DNA from: the human T2T-CHM13v2.0 reference genome, Homo sapiens
Length of the DNA: 64,000 bases
Direction: 5' to 3' (one strand)
NCBI RefSeq assembly: GCF_009914755.1
Contig: NC_060947.1
The translations under genes and the position numbers were made by a program. The notes beneath the pieces were generated by a model that was not told the origin of the DNA, searched no databases, and worked only from the letters and a program-made list of their open reading frames with translations. This document shows positions 22,925 to 39,972 of the stretch, piece after piece (the stretch's first letter is position 1; every line of letters begins with the position of its first letter).

Positions 22925-23522
22925 TGACCAGAGTCACTTTTGTAAGGGCACTAATCCCACACATGAGGCTCCACCTTCACGACCTCATCACTTCCCAAAG
23001 GCTTCACCTCCTGCCACCATCACCTGGGGGGTAAGGGTTTCAACATAGGAATTTTAGGGGGACACAAACATTTAGATGGCAGCACTAAACTAGCCAAGTT
23101 GATCCATAAACCAACCAGAAAAGAGCTGAAGGTGTTCAGTCTAAGACATTCATGTCTAAGACAAAAAGTCCATGTGAAGGGTGGGAGAGGATCCCACAGA
23201 ACAAAGAAGCAATTATGTGTTGTGCAATGGAGCTTGGAACATATGCCATAGGCATGAGCACATTTTATTTATTTTTTAATTTATTTTTATGTATTTTTTT
23301 GTAGACGTGGGGTCTTGCTATGTTGCCCAGGCGGGTTTCAAACTTCTGGGCTCAAGCAATCCTTCCGCCTCGGCCTCTCAAAGTACTGGGATTATAGGCA
23401 TGAGCCACCTTGCCTGAGCTGGTATTTCTTGACTATCTACTTTGCAGAAAACAACCTGGAAAGGAACATGGTTCCTAGATACATGCAGCTTTCTGTCTAG
23501 TGGGAAATCCCACAGCACCTCA

Positions 23523-23738
<216 letters not shown>

Positions 23739-24182
23739 TTATTAAGAGAAAGAATTACTGTTCCACATTTTTTTTCCTGTTTGTTATTTATTATTTATTC
23801 AAAAATAGAACACTTGGTAAAAATCTCTCTTACTTAAAATTAAATTGAAAATGGACTTCCTATATGACTTTGCCTAGTGGATTGCATTTTTGGCAACAAA
23901 GTAAATGATTAATTTATTGAAAACCTTAGCGAGAAGATGGACTTTCCTGTTATGTGCAGGTTATAAGCAATATAATTCAGTGAAAAAGGACTAAAAATTT
24001 AAATGGTTTTTTGTTTGTTAATTAATTTATTTAAAGATGGGGTCTTGTTCTGTCGTCCAGGCTGGAATGCAGTGGTGTAATCAATGTCCACTGCAGTCTC
24101 AACCACCTGGGCTCAAACGATCCTCCCACCTCAGCTACCTGAGTAGCTGGGACTACAGGTGTGCACCACCACACCTGGCTAA

Positions 24183-24341
<159 letters not shown>

Positions 24342-24524
24342 TAGCTAATATTTTTAATTTTTTGGCAGAGACGGGGTCTCACTATGTTGCCCAGGCTGGT
24401 CTTGAACTCCTAGACTCAAGTAAATCCTCCCACCTCAGCCTCCTAAAGTGTTGGGATTAGAAACATGAGCCATTGTGCCTGAACTAAAAATGATTTTATA
24501 ATTTCATCAAACTCTTGATATAAT

Positions 24525-25080
<556 letters not shown>

Positions 25081-25099
25081 TAGGTGTTATGTATTATTA

Positions 25100-25650
25100 T
25101 TATTAAGGTTTTATCATTCAGCTATGGCAAGGCCAACAGATCAGGAGATGACTGTCATTGGAGAGATAGTTTATTACTCACAGTTTCTGATAGTTTATTA
25201 CTCACAGTTCAAGAGGACGCAGGGGTGAGCCATGCTGTGTGACTATATGGGGAAGCTCCAGGGTTGGTCAGGAGGCAGAGGGAGTGAGGGGAAAGCATGG
25301 AAAAAGCCTTTCTTATTTATTGTTTTTCTTTTTTGGAAAGTAATGGGCAAGGTAGGGTAAGCCGGCTTAAGACTGGCCAGGTTGTACAATTTCCGTGGGC
25401 TTTCATCTGCAGGGGCTGTCCCTAGAAAGCTGGTACCTGATTCTGGGGGGATTAGGGCAAGGAGAGAGTAGCCCCATATATGAAAATCTCATAAAAGTGA
25501 TGGTTGGGGGTGTGGGCTCTGGACTGTTTGGTTTATGCATGAAAGGTGCACTCCCAGGTGACTTGTTTGCTATCTCTAAGAATTGGCTAGCCCTGGGAGG
25601 GCCAGTCCTGCCAAGGTCAGCAAAGCCCTAAGATGTCAAAGCATCAGAAT
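25100..25650 (-). mobile_element. MER21-like LTR fragment
   Basis: aaggccaacagatcaggagatgactg...tttattactcacagtt; includes a local ~21-bp duplication. Confidence 0.6.
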
Positions 25651-25783
25651 ATAAAAGCTGCCTGGGCACGGTGGCTCATGCCTGTAATCCCAGCACTCTG
25701 GGAGGTCAAGGAGCGGGGATCTTTTGAGCCCAGCATTTCAAGACCAGCATGGGCAAGATAGAGAGAACACCCCCCAGTCTCTA

Positions 25784-26050
<267 letters not shown>

Positions 26051-27404
26051 TCATAAGCATAGCTACATGCTACTTCATAGAAGGTCTGCTGGTCATCGCT
26101 GAGTGCTTCAAGATGTTCTCAGGAATGACCCAAAGGTAATGTCAAAGATTTCTAATGTCTTCTGAACTTTCGAGGAAACATCAACTCATTTAAATAGGAA
26201 TGAGTGGCTGGACGCGGTGGCTCATGCCTGTAATCCCAGCACTTTGGAAAGCCACAGCGGGAGGATAGTTTAGGGCCAGGAGTTCAAGACCAGCCGGGCC
26301 AACATGGCGAGACCCTGTCTCTACAAAAAAATCTACAAAAATAGAAAAATTAGCCAGGATTGGTGGTGCATGTCTGTAGAACCAGCTACTTGGGAGACTG
26401 AGGAAGGAGGATTGCTTGAGCTCAGGAGTTTGAAGCTGCAGTGAGCTGTGATTGCAACACTGCACTTCAACCTGGGTGACAGAGAGACAACCTGTCTCTA
26501 AAATAAATAAATGAATGAGTAGATAGAGTGACTAAGTTTCCACAAGGCACTGTTGGTACTGAGAGACCGACCTCAGAGGGAATGCAGAACTGAGAGCCCA
26601 GGGCACCTTCTCTGGAGCTCACAGTGTTCATGGGAAGGTTTGACTTCATGGACGCCAACACACTGTAAGTACTACATGAGGGTGGAAGGCTGGAATTCGG
26701 ACAGGAGGACGGACTAGCTCTAGCTCTTGACAGATGGACACGCCATATTTTGGCATTAGGAGGGTGTGGACTTGTCTGTCTGAAGCAGAGCTTTTCAGCA
26801 GGGGAGGATTGAAATCCCGCATAAGTGCTGGGCTTGGCTAGATGGATAGGGTTGGGAGTGAGACAGAGATCAATATTGGTCTTCTGCTTACAGGCAACGA
26901 CACTGATTTCTCCTGTATGTTTGTTTATTTGTTTGTATTTTGAGACTGAGTCTCACTCTGTCACCCAGGCTGGAGTGCAGTGGCACTATTTGAGTCTCAC
27001 TACAACCTCCCCCTCCCGGGTTCAAGTGATTCTCCTGCCTCAGCCTCCCAAGTAGCTGGGATTACAGGTGCCCGCCACCATGCCCAGCTAATTTTTGTAT
27101 TTTTAGTAGAGACGGGGGTTTCACCATGTTGGCCAGGCTGGTCTCGAACTCCTGACCTCCAAGTGATCAGCCTGCCTTGGCCTCCCAAAGTGCTGGGATT
27201 ACAGGCGTGAGCCACCACGGCCAGCCTACTTTTTGAAACAGGGTCTCTGTCGCCCAGAGTGCAGTGGTCTGATCACAGCTCACTGCAACCTTAAACTCCT
27301 GGGCTCAAGTGATCCTCCCACACCTCACCCTCTTGAATAACTAGGATTACAGGTGCATGCCATCATGCCTGGCTAATTTTTTTTTTAATTTAAAAATTAA
27401 TGTG

Positions 27405-27802
<398 letters not shown>

Positions 27803-27876
27803 TTACAGTCATGCCCGGCTGATAGCATTTCTAAAGCATTGTCCATTATGTACTGGGTGGATAAAAATCATATTTA

Positions 27877-28260
<384 letters not shown>

Positions 28261-28336
28261 TCACTTGAGCCCAGAAGTTCGAGACGAGGCTGGGCAACAC
28301 GGCAAAACCCCACCTCTACAAGAAACTTACAAATTA

Positions 28337-28603
<267 letters not shown>

Positions 28604-28672
28604 TTAGAAAACGCAGAAGTGCAGAACTCTTGAAGTGTGAACTGCCAAGATCAAGGGTTATATGCATTTTCA

Positions 28673-28930
<258 letters not shown>

Positions 28931-29248
28931 TCATTTGCAGAACTTGTGTATGGGGGAAGTTGGCATCACTATTTTAAGAGGTATTGATATTATCATCACA
29001 TTTCAGAATAGCTTTGAGGACATCTCTTAGGCATTTGATTGTTTTTCTCTGGTTACAATTAACTGATACCGTTGATGGCTTTATTTGGCCTTGAAGTTTT
29101 TTGGGTTTTTTTTGATGCTGTAAAGTCTGTTGTTAAGTGATTAAACTCATGATTAACAGAAAGCCTTGGTGGGGTGCAGTGGCTCTCTCCTGTAATCTCA
29201 GTATTTTGTGAGGCTGCAGCGGGTGGATTGCTTTACCACAGGAGTTCA

Positions 29249-29491
<243 letters not shown>

Positions 29492-30065
29492 TCATGGTTT
29501 CTTGGATGGATCGGGTCCCCAGAACAGCTATTGCCCCTTCTCCATTCCCTCTTCTTCATTGTTCTTCCTTAAGCAAACTGTGTTGAACATAGGGAATGGA
29601 GGCTGGGGTTAGGGTTTGGACCACCCAGCAGAGCAAGGAAGAGACACAAGCTTGGGGCAAGGTGAGAACACAGTGAGCTGCTACTTCTGAGTCTATGAAA
29701 ACCCTCTGTTCATTGTAGCACACAGATGAAAATACCCAGGACTGACTTCTTTAGCCCACTGGTATCTGATGAGAAGTGGGTTTGGAGGTGAAGGAGGTTC
29801 CAGCCTGGAGGAGAAAGCCCTGGTAGTTGCGTACCATGAGGGAACATTTCCGCAGGGGTTGGTGACATACAGCCTGCCACTATCATTGCTGCCTCTTTCA
29901 TCGATGCCACCCTGGGAATGCACATGGACAGCAGGGCCATAGTGTCCCAATCCCCAGTGGGATGCAGTAAAGATGTAATCTGAGTCTCCAAGGTTTGTAG
30001 TAGGGGAAACCCTGATTTTCCCTGGAAAACCAGACACCTGGCCGATGGTAGCGGTTGATGCCCAC

Positions 30066-30163
30066 CTGATTTGCAGAGAATGAAATACAATTCCTTCTGA
30101 GGCTGCCTGGGGCAACATCAAATCAAGGGAGCCTGGAGCACATCTATTAATCACGGGTCTCAT
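30066..30163 (-). CDS. ARSL: ARSL alternative N-terminal coding exon MRPVINRCAPGSLDLMLPQAASEGIVFHSLQI (exon probably starts at 30205)
   Basis: ATG at 30163; donor CAG|GTGGG at 30065; 98 nt, same phase (2) as exon 2, so in frame with exon 3 (predicted 614 aa); acceptor ctttctcAG at 30207-30206. Confidence 0.65.
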
Positions 30164-30241
30164 GCTTCATTCTCCAGATGCAGGATAAATCACTATCAGT
30201 GCATTCTGAGAAAGCACCATCAAGAGATCCAGAAGCGGTCA

Positions 30242-30964
<723 letters not shown>

Positions 30965-31839
30965 TTAGGGGAACTTTGATTCCCGTTCATGATATCAATA
31001 GCAAAAATATCTTAAAACAATGATCAAAATCTATAAAGGAATGCTCTTCCCGAGTGAAAAGGCTTCAAAAATGTTTAATACTATGTTAAGAATGTAAAAC
31101 GTGTTTCAATACACAGCCAGATGGTCTTCAGAGAAAGAGGAAGAAAGTGGTCATAGGGTCTCCATCCCCTTTATCAGCTTTCATAGCCCATGAGTGATCA
31201 CAAAGTGATGAGAGAATCCCAGTGTCCGGAAGCAGATTATTTTGTCTTCTGCTTCCCGAGCCCAGGGCAGGGGTGATTCCTAATGTCCAGAAATGCAGAG
31301 AGAGAGTCCTGATTTGGAAGGGGGAAGCGGGGAAAGATCAAAGCTTGGATGATACACAAAAGAATCTGAGTAGAGGGTATGAAGATCAGAAATACAATGA
31401 GAGGCTGCGCGTGGTGGCTCATGCCTGGAATCCCAGCACTTTGGGAGGCGGAAGTGGGAGGATTTGCTTGAGCCCAGGAGGTCCAGACTTGAAAACAGAA
31501 CTGGGAGTGTCAGTGTGAAGGAAAAAGGCCTAGAGGACTCTGCAGGCACTGAGTGCTGCATGAAGGAGAGACGCATTCGCCTTCATTGCTAGGGGTAGGT
31601 GCTGCCGGGAGAGGGGGCGACCATTGCCCACACTTGGAAATGTTCTGTCCACAGAGGGAAACGGGCGACCCCCAAAGCACAGAGGGGCGGCCCCTCAGTC
31701 TCGCCGAGAAGTGAGGGAGAGCCCAGGGTGTAGAGCAGGAAAGGAATGAGATGGAAGATAACAATTAGAGTTGCAGGCAGCAAGAGGTCACCTTCAGGGT
31801 ACTGCAGTGGTCTGACCCCATGTGGCTTGTGCATGGGAC

Positions 31840-32778
<939 letters not shown>

Positions 32779-33180
32779 GGACATGGGCATGCATAGAAGA
32801 TAAAGAGACAGGAGCATGCAGATGTGTTGGGTTTCTGCCTCTGAGTAACCAGGGGAGTGACCTGGCCACTTTTAGAAGGGCCGAGCGGCCAGTGAGTGAG
32901 GACACACTGGAGCCAGCAGGCACTGAGAGCCTAGAAGTGGCCGTGGTGTCTGTCCAGGTGAAACCTGACCAAGGATAGACACAGCTGGTGTGGGAGCGGG
33001 GAGGGCAGAGAGGAGGGGTGGGCAAGGTCCGCAGGGCTGCGAAACCCCAGGGTGTGAGTGGGAGAGAAGCGATTGGTTGAGGGATTTCCCCTCAACGCCT
33101 TTTCGGGGATGCTGGGAGGGGTGTTTGCTCCTAGCAGGATTCAGGCACAAAACCAGTCTTCTGAGAAAGACAATGAGCTT

Positions 33181-33490
33181 TGTGAAAGGAAAATAAATCT
33201 CAAGGCCCGCAAGTCAATAAGCTAAAGGGAAAAGTCAAGCGGGGAACTGCTTAGGGCCTCTGCCTCCCATTCTAGTCAAAGTCCCCCCTTTGCTCACTGA
33301 GATAGATGCGTATCTGATCGCCTCCTTTGGAAAGGCTCATCAGAAACTCAAAAGAAGGCAACTGTTCCTCTCTCACCTATCTGTGACCTGGAAGCCCCCT
33401 CCCTGCTTACAGTCTTCCTGCCTTTGCTTCAAGTTTTCCGGCCTTTCCAGACCGAATCAATGCACTTCTTACATTATTGATGGATGTCTA
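33181..33490 (+). mobile_element. MER4A-like LTR, 3'-truncated
   Basis: TGTGAAAGGAAAATAAATCT...aagggaaaagtcaagc...gacctggaagcccc. Confidence 0.75.
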
Positions 33491-33672
33491 ACACTGAATT
33501 GCTACATCTCCAATAATTTTCTGTCTGTCGAAGAGAAAAAGACCTTAGATATCATTTGTGCTTTGTTTAGAACACAGAAGGAAGAGATAAGGTGTACGCC
33601 GTGCTCGTGAGGTTTTTTTGTTTATTTGTTCGTTTGTTTTACCCTAGAGAGCACACACAATTCTCATATTCT

Positions 33673-33716
33673 AAAAGTAATAGCAAAAGACGCAATTACG
33701 TTTCACCAACCTAATA
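33673..33716. mobile_element. MADE1 (Hsmar1-derived MITE), half copy
   Basis: aaaagtaatagcaaaagacgcaattacgtttcaccaacctaata matches the Hsmar1/MADE1 terminal repeat. Confidence 0.7.
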
Positions 33717-33982
33717 GCATCTTCACCGGGAAAGAGATTGATTTAAAATTGTACATGGAGAGAAAACCAAAATGAGCATTTTAATACCCTCAGCATTGCT
33801 TTCTGACCTACAATGACATGCTGCCAATGGTCAGAAAACGGAATAAAAGCAAAATACTGTACAAATGTAATGAGAAAACCCCAAACCACCACAAACTAGG
33901 GGAAGATGGTTTTTGCAGCAATCCTGCCCAGCAGTGGTTTATCTCTGGGTGTGGAGATTTAGGAAAAGTGCTCTTTTTCTAA

Positions 33983-34138
<156 letters not shown>

Positions 34139-34689
34139 TGAAACTACAGGCACATGCCACTATGCCTGGCTATTGATTTTTTTTTTTTTAAGTAGAGGTG
34201 GGGTTTCCTCTTTTGCTCAGGCTGGTCTCAAACTCCTGGGCTCAAGCAATCCACCCGCCTCGACCTCCCAAAGTGCTGGGATTACAGACGTGAGCCACCG
34301 TGCCCGACCTAATTTTTCTTTCTCCCGCAATGTTATGTATTTATAAGTAAAAATATGAATATTTTTTCTTGGAGAAAAACGTTAAATAAATAAAGAGATG
34401 GTGATAACAGCCTTGAATGAGTTTAATTTTGGAAACTGTGACATTGAGGTGACCCAGAGCATGGGGCCTGCCCAAGGCCTCTCCTGCAGATTAGAAAACA
34501 GATCCCCCTTCTCCAGGAAAGAGCTGCATTCCTAGGCCTGTAAGTCACGGGTACGTTTCTGCTTTATCAAAACAAACTGGGCAATTATTCAGAGACAGAA
34601 AAGGGAACGGGGAGCTCTTTGTTCACCACGCTATTCATGCCTGGTCACGGAGCCCAAATCCAGCACAAATGAACATTCACAGGACTCAC

Positions 34690-34750
34690 CTCTGCTCCTG
34701 GGCTCCTTCCTGAATCCCCGATCAAGAAGAGGAAGGTTCTCTCCCAAAGG
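34690..34750 (-). other. ARSL: ARSL proximal non-coding exon 1 (5' end approximate)
   Basis: Strong donor GAG|GTGAGT at 34689; unique sequence resembling the ARSE mRNA 5' UTR as I recall it. Confidence 0.8.
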
Positions 34751-34759
34751 AAGCAAGCG

Positions 34760-34930
34760 TGAAGGCAGAGAGCACTTGCACAAGGCTTTGAGCTGGGAAT
34801 GATTAACTTCGAGTTTGTTTTTCCCAAGTCAGAAGATCAGAGAGAGTTAGGACAGACAGAGCAGACTCCCCCCACATCGCAGCATGGGGGAATCTCAAAG
34901 CCACGCCCACGTCTACCAAACCAGTGGTCA
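34760..34930 (-). promoter_or_regulatory. Proximal ARSL promoter with HNF1-like and HNF4/DR1-like motifs
   Basis: Minus-strand GTTAATCATTCCC (34795-34807) abuts AGCTCAAAGCCTT (34782-34794), just upstream of exon 1. Confidence 0.5.
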
Positions 34931-35650
34931 GTTTCCTTAGGTTTTTATTTTGTTTTATTTTTTGTAGAGACGGGGTTTTGCCATGTGGCCTAGGCTGGTC
35001 TCAAAGTCCTGAGCTCCAGTGATCTGCCCTCCTTGGCCTCCCGAAGTGCTGGGATTACAGATGTGAGTCACCGTATTCTGCCAGTGTCCTTAGGTTTTTA
35101 AGTGATTGCCTGTGCTGTTACACAGGGTGCTGGCTATAATATGATCATATCCAACCTGGCATGGTGGCTCATGCCTGTAATCCCAGCGCTTTGGGAGGAC
35201 GAGGCAGGAAGATTGCTTGAGGCCAGGAGTTTCAGAGCAGCCTGGGCAGCAAAGTGAGATGCTGTCTCTTCAAAAATAAAAAATATTAGGCTGGGCAGTG
35301 TGGCTTATGCCCATAATCCTAGCACTTGGGGAGGTTGAGGCAGGAAGATCGCTTGAGCCCAGGACTTCGAGACCAGCCCGGGCATCATAGCAAGACCCTG
35401 TCTCTATAAATAATAAAACAATTAGCCAGGCATGGTGGCATGTGTCTCTACTGCCAGCTACTCAGGAGGCTGAGGTGGAAAGATTGTTTGAGCCTGGGAG
35501 GTTGAAGCTGCAGTTTCACTCCAGCCTGAGTGACAGAGCAAGACCCTGCCTCAAAAAAAAATGTTTTAAAGAAGTTATTTGTTGAGTGGTAAATGAAGTA
35601 AATAAGAAATAATAAAGATAAGATAAAAATAAAAAAGAAAACATTTCTTA

Positions 35651-35833
<183 letters not shown>

Positions 35834-35906
35834 TCACATGCCTGTAATCCCAGCTACTCGGGAGGCTGAGGCAAGAAAATTGCTTGAACCCCGGAGTCGG
35901 AGGTTA

Positions 35907-36461
<555 letters not shown>

Positions 36462-36859
36462 CTACGCAATGGTCCCTATTATTCAACCATCCTTGACCTA
36501 CAAGGACGGGGTTTCATAGAGTTCCACCTGCTGTCTCTTCGCAACTTCATATGCAGCCACATGCTGGGTCTGTGAGAAGTCACATAGCCTACCTGATCTC
36601 ACTTCCTCCTTATGTGGGGGTGGAAACCACCCTACTTCTGGGATGAGGAGCTGACACGCTGGCACACTCCAGCCTGACTCATTTTTACAAGTGGACGGTT
36701 TTGGTGGCATGTCTCAAAACGAGTATTAGGAGGGGTGTCAGAAATGTTTTCTTTTCCTGCCACAGGTGTGTGCCCTAATGGTAATTGCTTTCACTTTGTG
36801 ATTTTTGGCAACAAATCTTAAGTCATTTCCTCGTAGGGGGCCTAAAGGAATATTTTCAC

Positions 36860-37570
36860 CTATATTTTAATTTATATATTCATAATTATTATATATAATA
36901 TAGTATAACTTTTGTACATCATACATAGTATAAATGTATCACATAAAATATGTAAATAAGGCTGGGTGTGGTGGCTCACGCCTATAATCCCAGCACTTAG
37001 GGAGGCCGAGGTGGGAGGATTGCTTGAGCCCAGGAGTTCAAGTTAAGTCTGAGCAACAAAGTGAGAGCCTATCTCTAGAAAAAAAAAACAAAACAATAAA
37101 ATATATAAATATAATATATAAATATATAATAAAGCATAATTTTTCTTTATTAAAATATGCATGCTTTTCTTTACAAAAATAATATATACTTTAAAATATA
37201 TATGTACATATATGTATAGATACATAAAACATGTACATATACGTACACATCTACATATAAATACATGTTATAATATGCACGTATAAATATAAACATATAA
37301 CATATAAACATGTACCTATAGACATCTACATACATGTTTATGTGTTCATATATGTATGCTTATATGTATATAATGTATACATGTACATGCATGTATATAT
37401 ACATACATATATGTATACATAACATATATACCTATAAAACATGTACGTATATACATGTAACGTTAATATATGTACTTTTTAAAGTAAAAATGTTTATGTG
37501 TGTATGTATAGTACATATATACATATAAAACAAGTACATATATGCATATAACATATATATGTACATGATT
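36860..37570. repeat. AT/TA-CA-rich low-complexity tract with an Alu monomer at ~36958-37095
   Basis: (TA)n / tacat runs. Confidence 0.9.
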
Positions 37571-38149
37571 TTTCAAGGAAAAAGCATATTATGGGCTGCT
37601 TCTGACTTGCCTGGGGAACATGACTGGTTGTGTTTGTTTTATCGGGCTGGTTATATTGGTGTCTAAATATAGGACCCTCAAACATGTTTGAACAGTCATA
37701 TGACGTACGGTTAGATATCAAGTCTGTGGCCTACCTCTGAACTGATGTATTTATGTATTTAGTGACACAATAAAAGCAGATTTTTCTTTTCCAAAGAACT
37801 CTGCACTTTAACCCTTGGAATGTTAAACATTTTGGTCCAGATTTAATTTTTACTACTGAATAAAACTTTCTACTTTTTTATTCTAAAGACACAAGGTATC
37901 TTTAGAAAGAGACAAGAGGCTGGGCGCGGTGGCTCACACTTGTAATCCCAGCTGGCACACTCTGGCCTTTGGGAGGCCGAGATGGGAAGATCACTTGAGG
38001 CCAGGAGTTTGAGACCAGCCTGGACAACACGGCAAGATCCTGTCTGAATTTAAAATAAAACAAAATAATAAAATATAGAATACAGTAAAATATAATACAA
38101 TGCAATAGAAATAAAGATAAAAGAAGCAGACGAGGAAACACCCATGCAA

Positions 38150-38960
38150 GACTGACAATATAGCCTTTGATTCTCTTCCGGGGAGAAGGAATCCCAGCCC
38201 TCCTTTCCCGCCCTGAGCTTCAGCCCCGGGCTGCGAGCCTGTGTTCAACGCTTCGCCTGGGCCCTGTTCCCAAACCCAGTTTCGCTTTTCACCTCCGGTG
38301 TCTCTTCGATGTTCAGTGCACGTGCCTTCAGCATCTCTAAGATAAGAATCTAGTGTGGATGCAATGTCTCCCATTTGGTGCATCTTCCCTCGTTGCTTTT
38401 TTTTTACGCATTACGTTTGGAAATCTCCCATGTAAAATCTGTACTTGAGATTTTCACTGATGATTATTATTATTTTTTGAAAGCAAATTACTTTTAAAAC
38501 ATTGACAGGGACTTGTTTGAAAAGACGCAGTTTAGCATAAAAGAATATCCCCTGGAGCGTCTCTGCACGTGCAAAAGCCGGCCTGTAAGAAGAAGCCCCA
38601 GGAAGGCCAGTTACCTGACATGCAGCTGTGTAAGGGCGACACTGGCTGGATGTAGCGGGGAGGCTGCTCCTTGGAAGAAACGTCTTCTTCCTGCCAAAAC
38701 AGACACGCACTGGCTGTCTCGGCGGCACTGAACGGCTGGCTCACGCATGTGCGTAGCTGATTCACTCTGAAAAGCAAAAACAGGAATTCCGCAGAAACCA
38801 AGTTAGGTTGTCCCAGAAACAGATCAGGCAAGTCCCCAAGGAATGTACTGCTGGGTCTTTCAGGCGTCCACAAAAGACCTTCTGTTCTATTTGCAGAACC
38901 TCACTCTCGCGGAAGGAGCCCAGACATCTGGTGCTGAACGCGGGGTTTTTCAATGGCAGG
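38150..38960. promoter_or_regulatory. CpG-enriched distal promoter region
   Basis: Visibly more CpG than the flanks; NRF1-like near-palindrome ACGCATGTGCGT (38743-38754); E-box CACGTG (38566-38571). Confidence 0.5.
38615..38730 (-). other. ARSL: ARSL distal alternative first exon (5' end approximate) with in-frame ATG at 38621
   Basis: Donor CAG|GTAACT at 38614 within a CpG-enriched unique region; ATG TCA G splices in frame to exon 2. Confidence 0.6.
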
Positions 38961-39749
38961 AAGGTGGAATCCCTTCGGGCTTTTGATGTAGGCAGAGTGC
39001 ATTTCCCAAAGTGGAAAAGTGGTTTTCTTAAAACTCATCTTGAATCATCACTCCGTAGCCCTTCAATTTCACGCCTTTTTCTTTCCTTTTGCTATTTGCC
39101 TCAAACATAAAAAGAAGACAGGAAACAATTCAGGTTACAGTTGCAACTATGACTGTGTGTACACAGCCGCAACTATTACCATATGTATATAGCTGCTCAC
39201 CTATGTGACTCTGTCACTATCACTTCCGTTTAGCTCTGTGCACCAATGTGTTTTCTCATCTATTTGCCAGGGAGCGCATTTCTTTTTTCATATTGAAGCA
39301 GAGCATACATTGCAGGCAACGTTAGGTGTAAAACGAATCACTTCAAGGACTTTTTTTTTTTTTCAAATAAGAGCTGTCTGCACACTTCTACGTGTTGAAT
39401 CACAAAAATATTCATCCTAATGCATTTATAGTCTCTATAGCCTGAACATTGCAGAGTTTTGATTTGAGACTCCCGCTTGCCAAATAAGCCCTCTTATAAA
39501 TCTGCAGCTGCCTACATTCTTCATGAGTTTAACACATCAGAAAGAACAAAGCATAGGCTCGACGGGCTGAGGAACACCTACCGCTCTAGGCCAAGTCTAC
39601 TAGGTTATGTTGCTCTTGAGGGAAGGCTGTCAACACTCATGCAGTTATTTTTTGCACAAGTTGAACATCAAGGAGATAAAACCGGGATCCAAATTGGAAC
39701 TCCCAGGTTGGCTGAACTTCAGCCTGACTTTCTATGTTCTGGGATGAGG

Positions 39750-39972
39750 CATGGTTACGCCACTACCCTACTATTGACCTCTGAGGAGGATGATTCTTTA
39801 TTGTAGGGGCCGTCCTGTACATTGTACAATGTTGAAAAGAATCCCTGGGCTCCACTCCCTAGAAGCAGGTAGTGATCACCACCTCCTCCCCAGTTGTGAC
39901 AACCGGAAATATCTCCAGCCGTGGCACAATGTCTCCCGGGGGGGCAGAATCACTCCGGTTGAAAACACTGGT
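39750..39972. mobile_element. MER20 DNA transposon
   Basis: cgtcctgtacattgtacaatgttg...cccagttgtgacaacc...ggttgaaaacactg. Confidence 0.75.
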
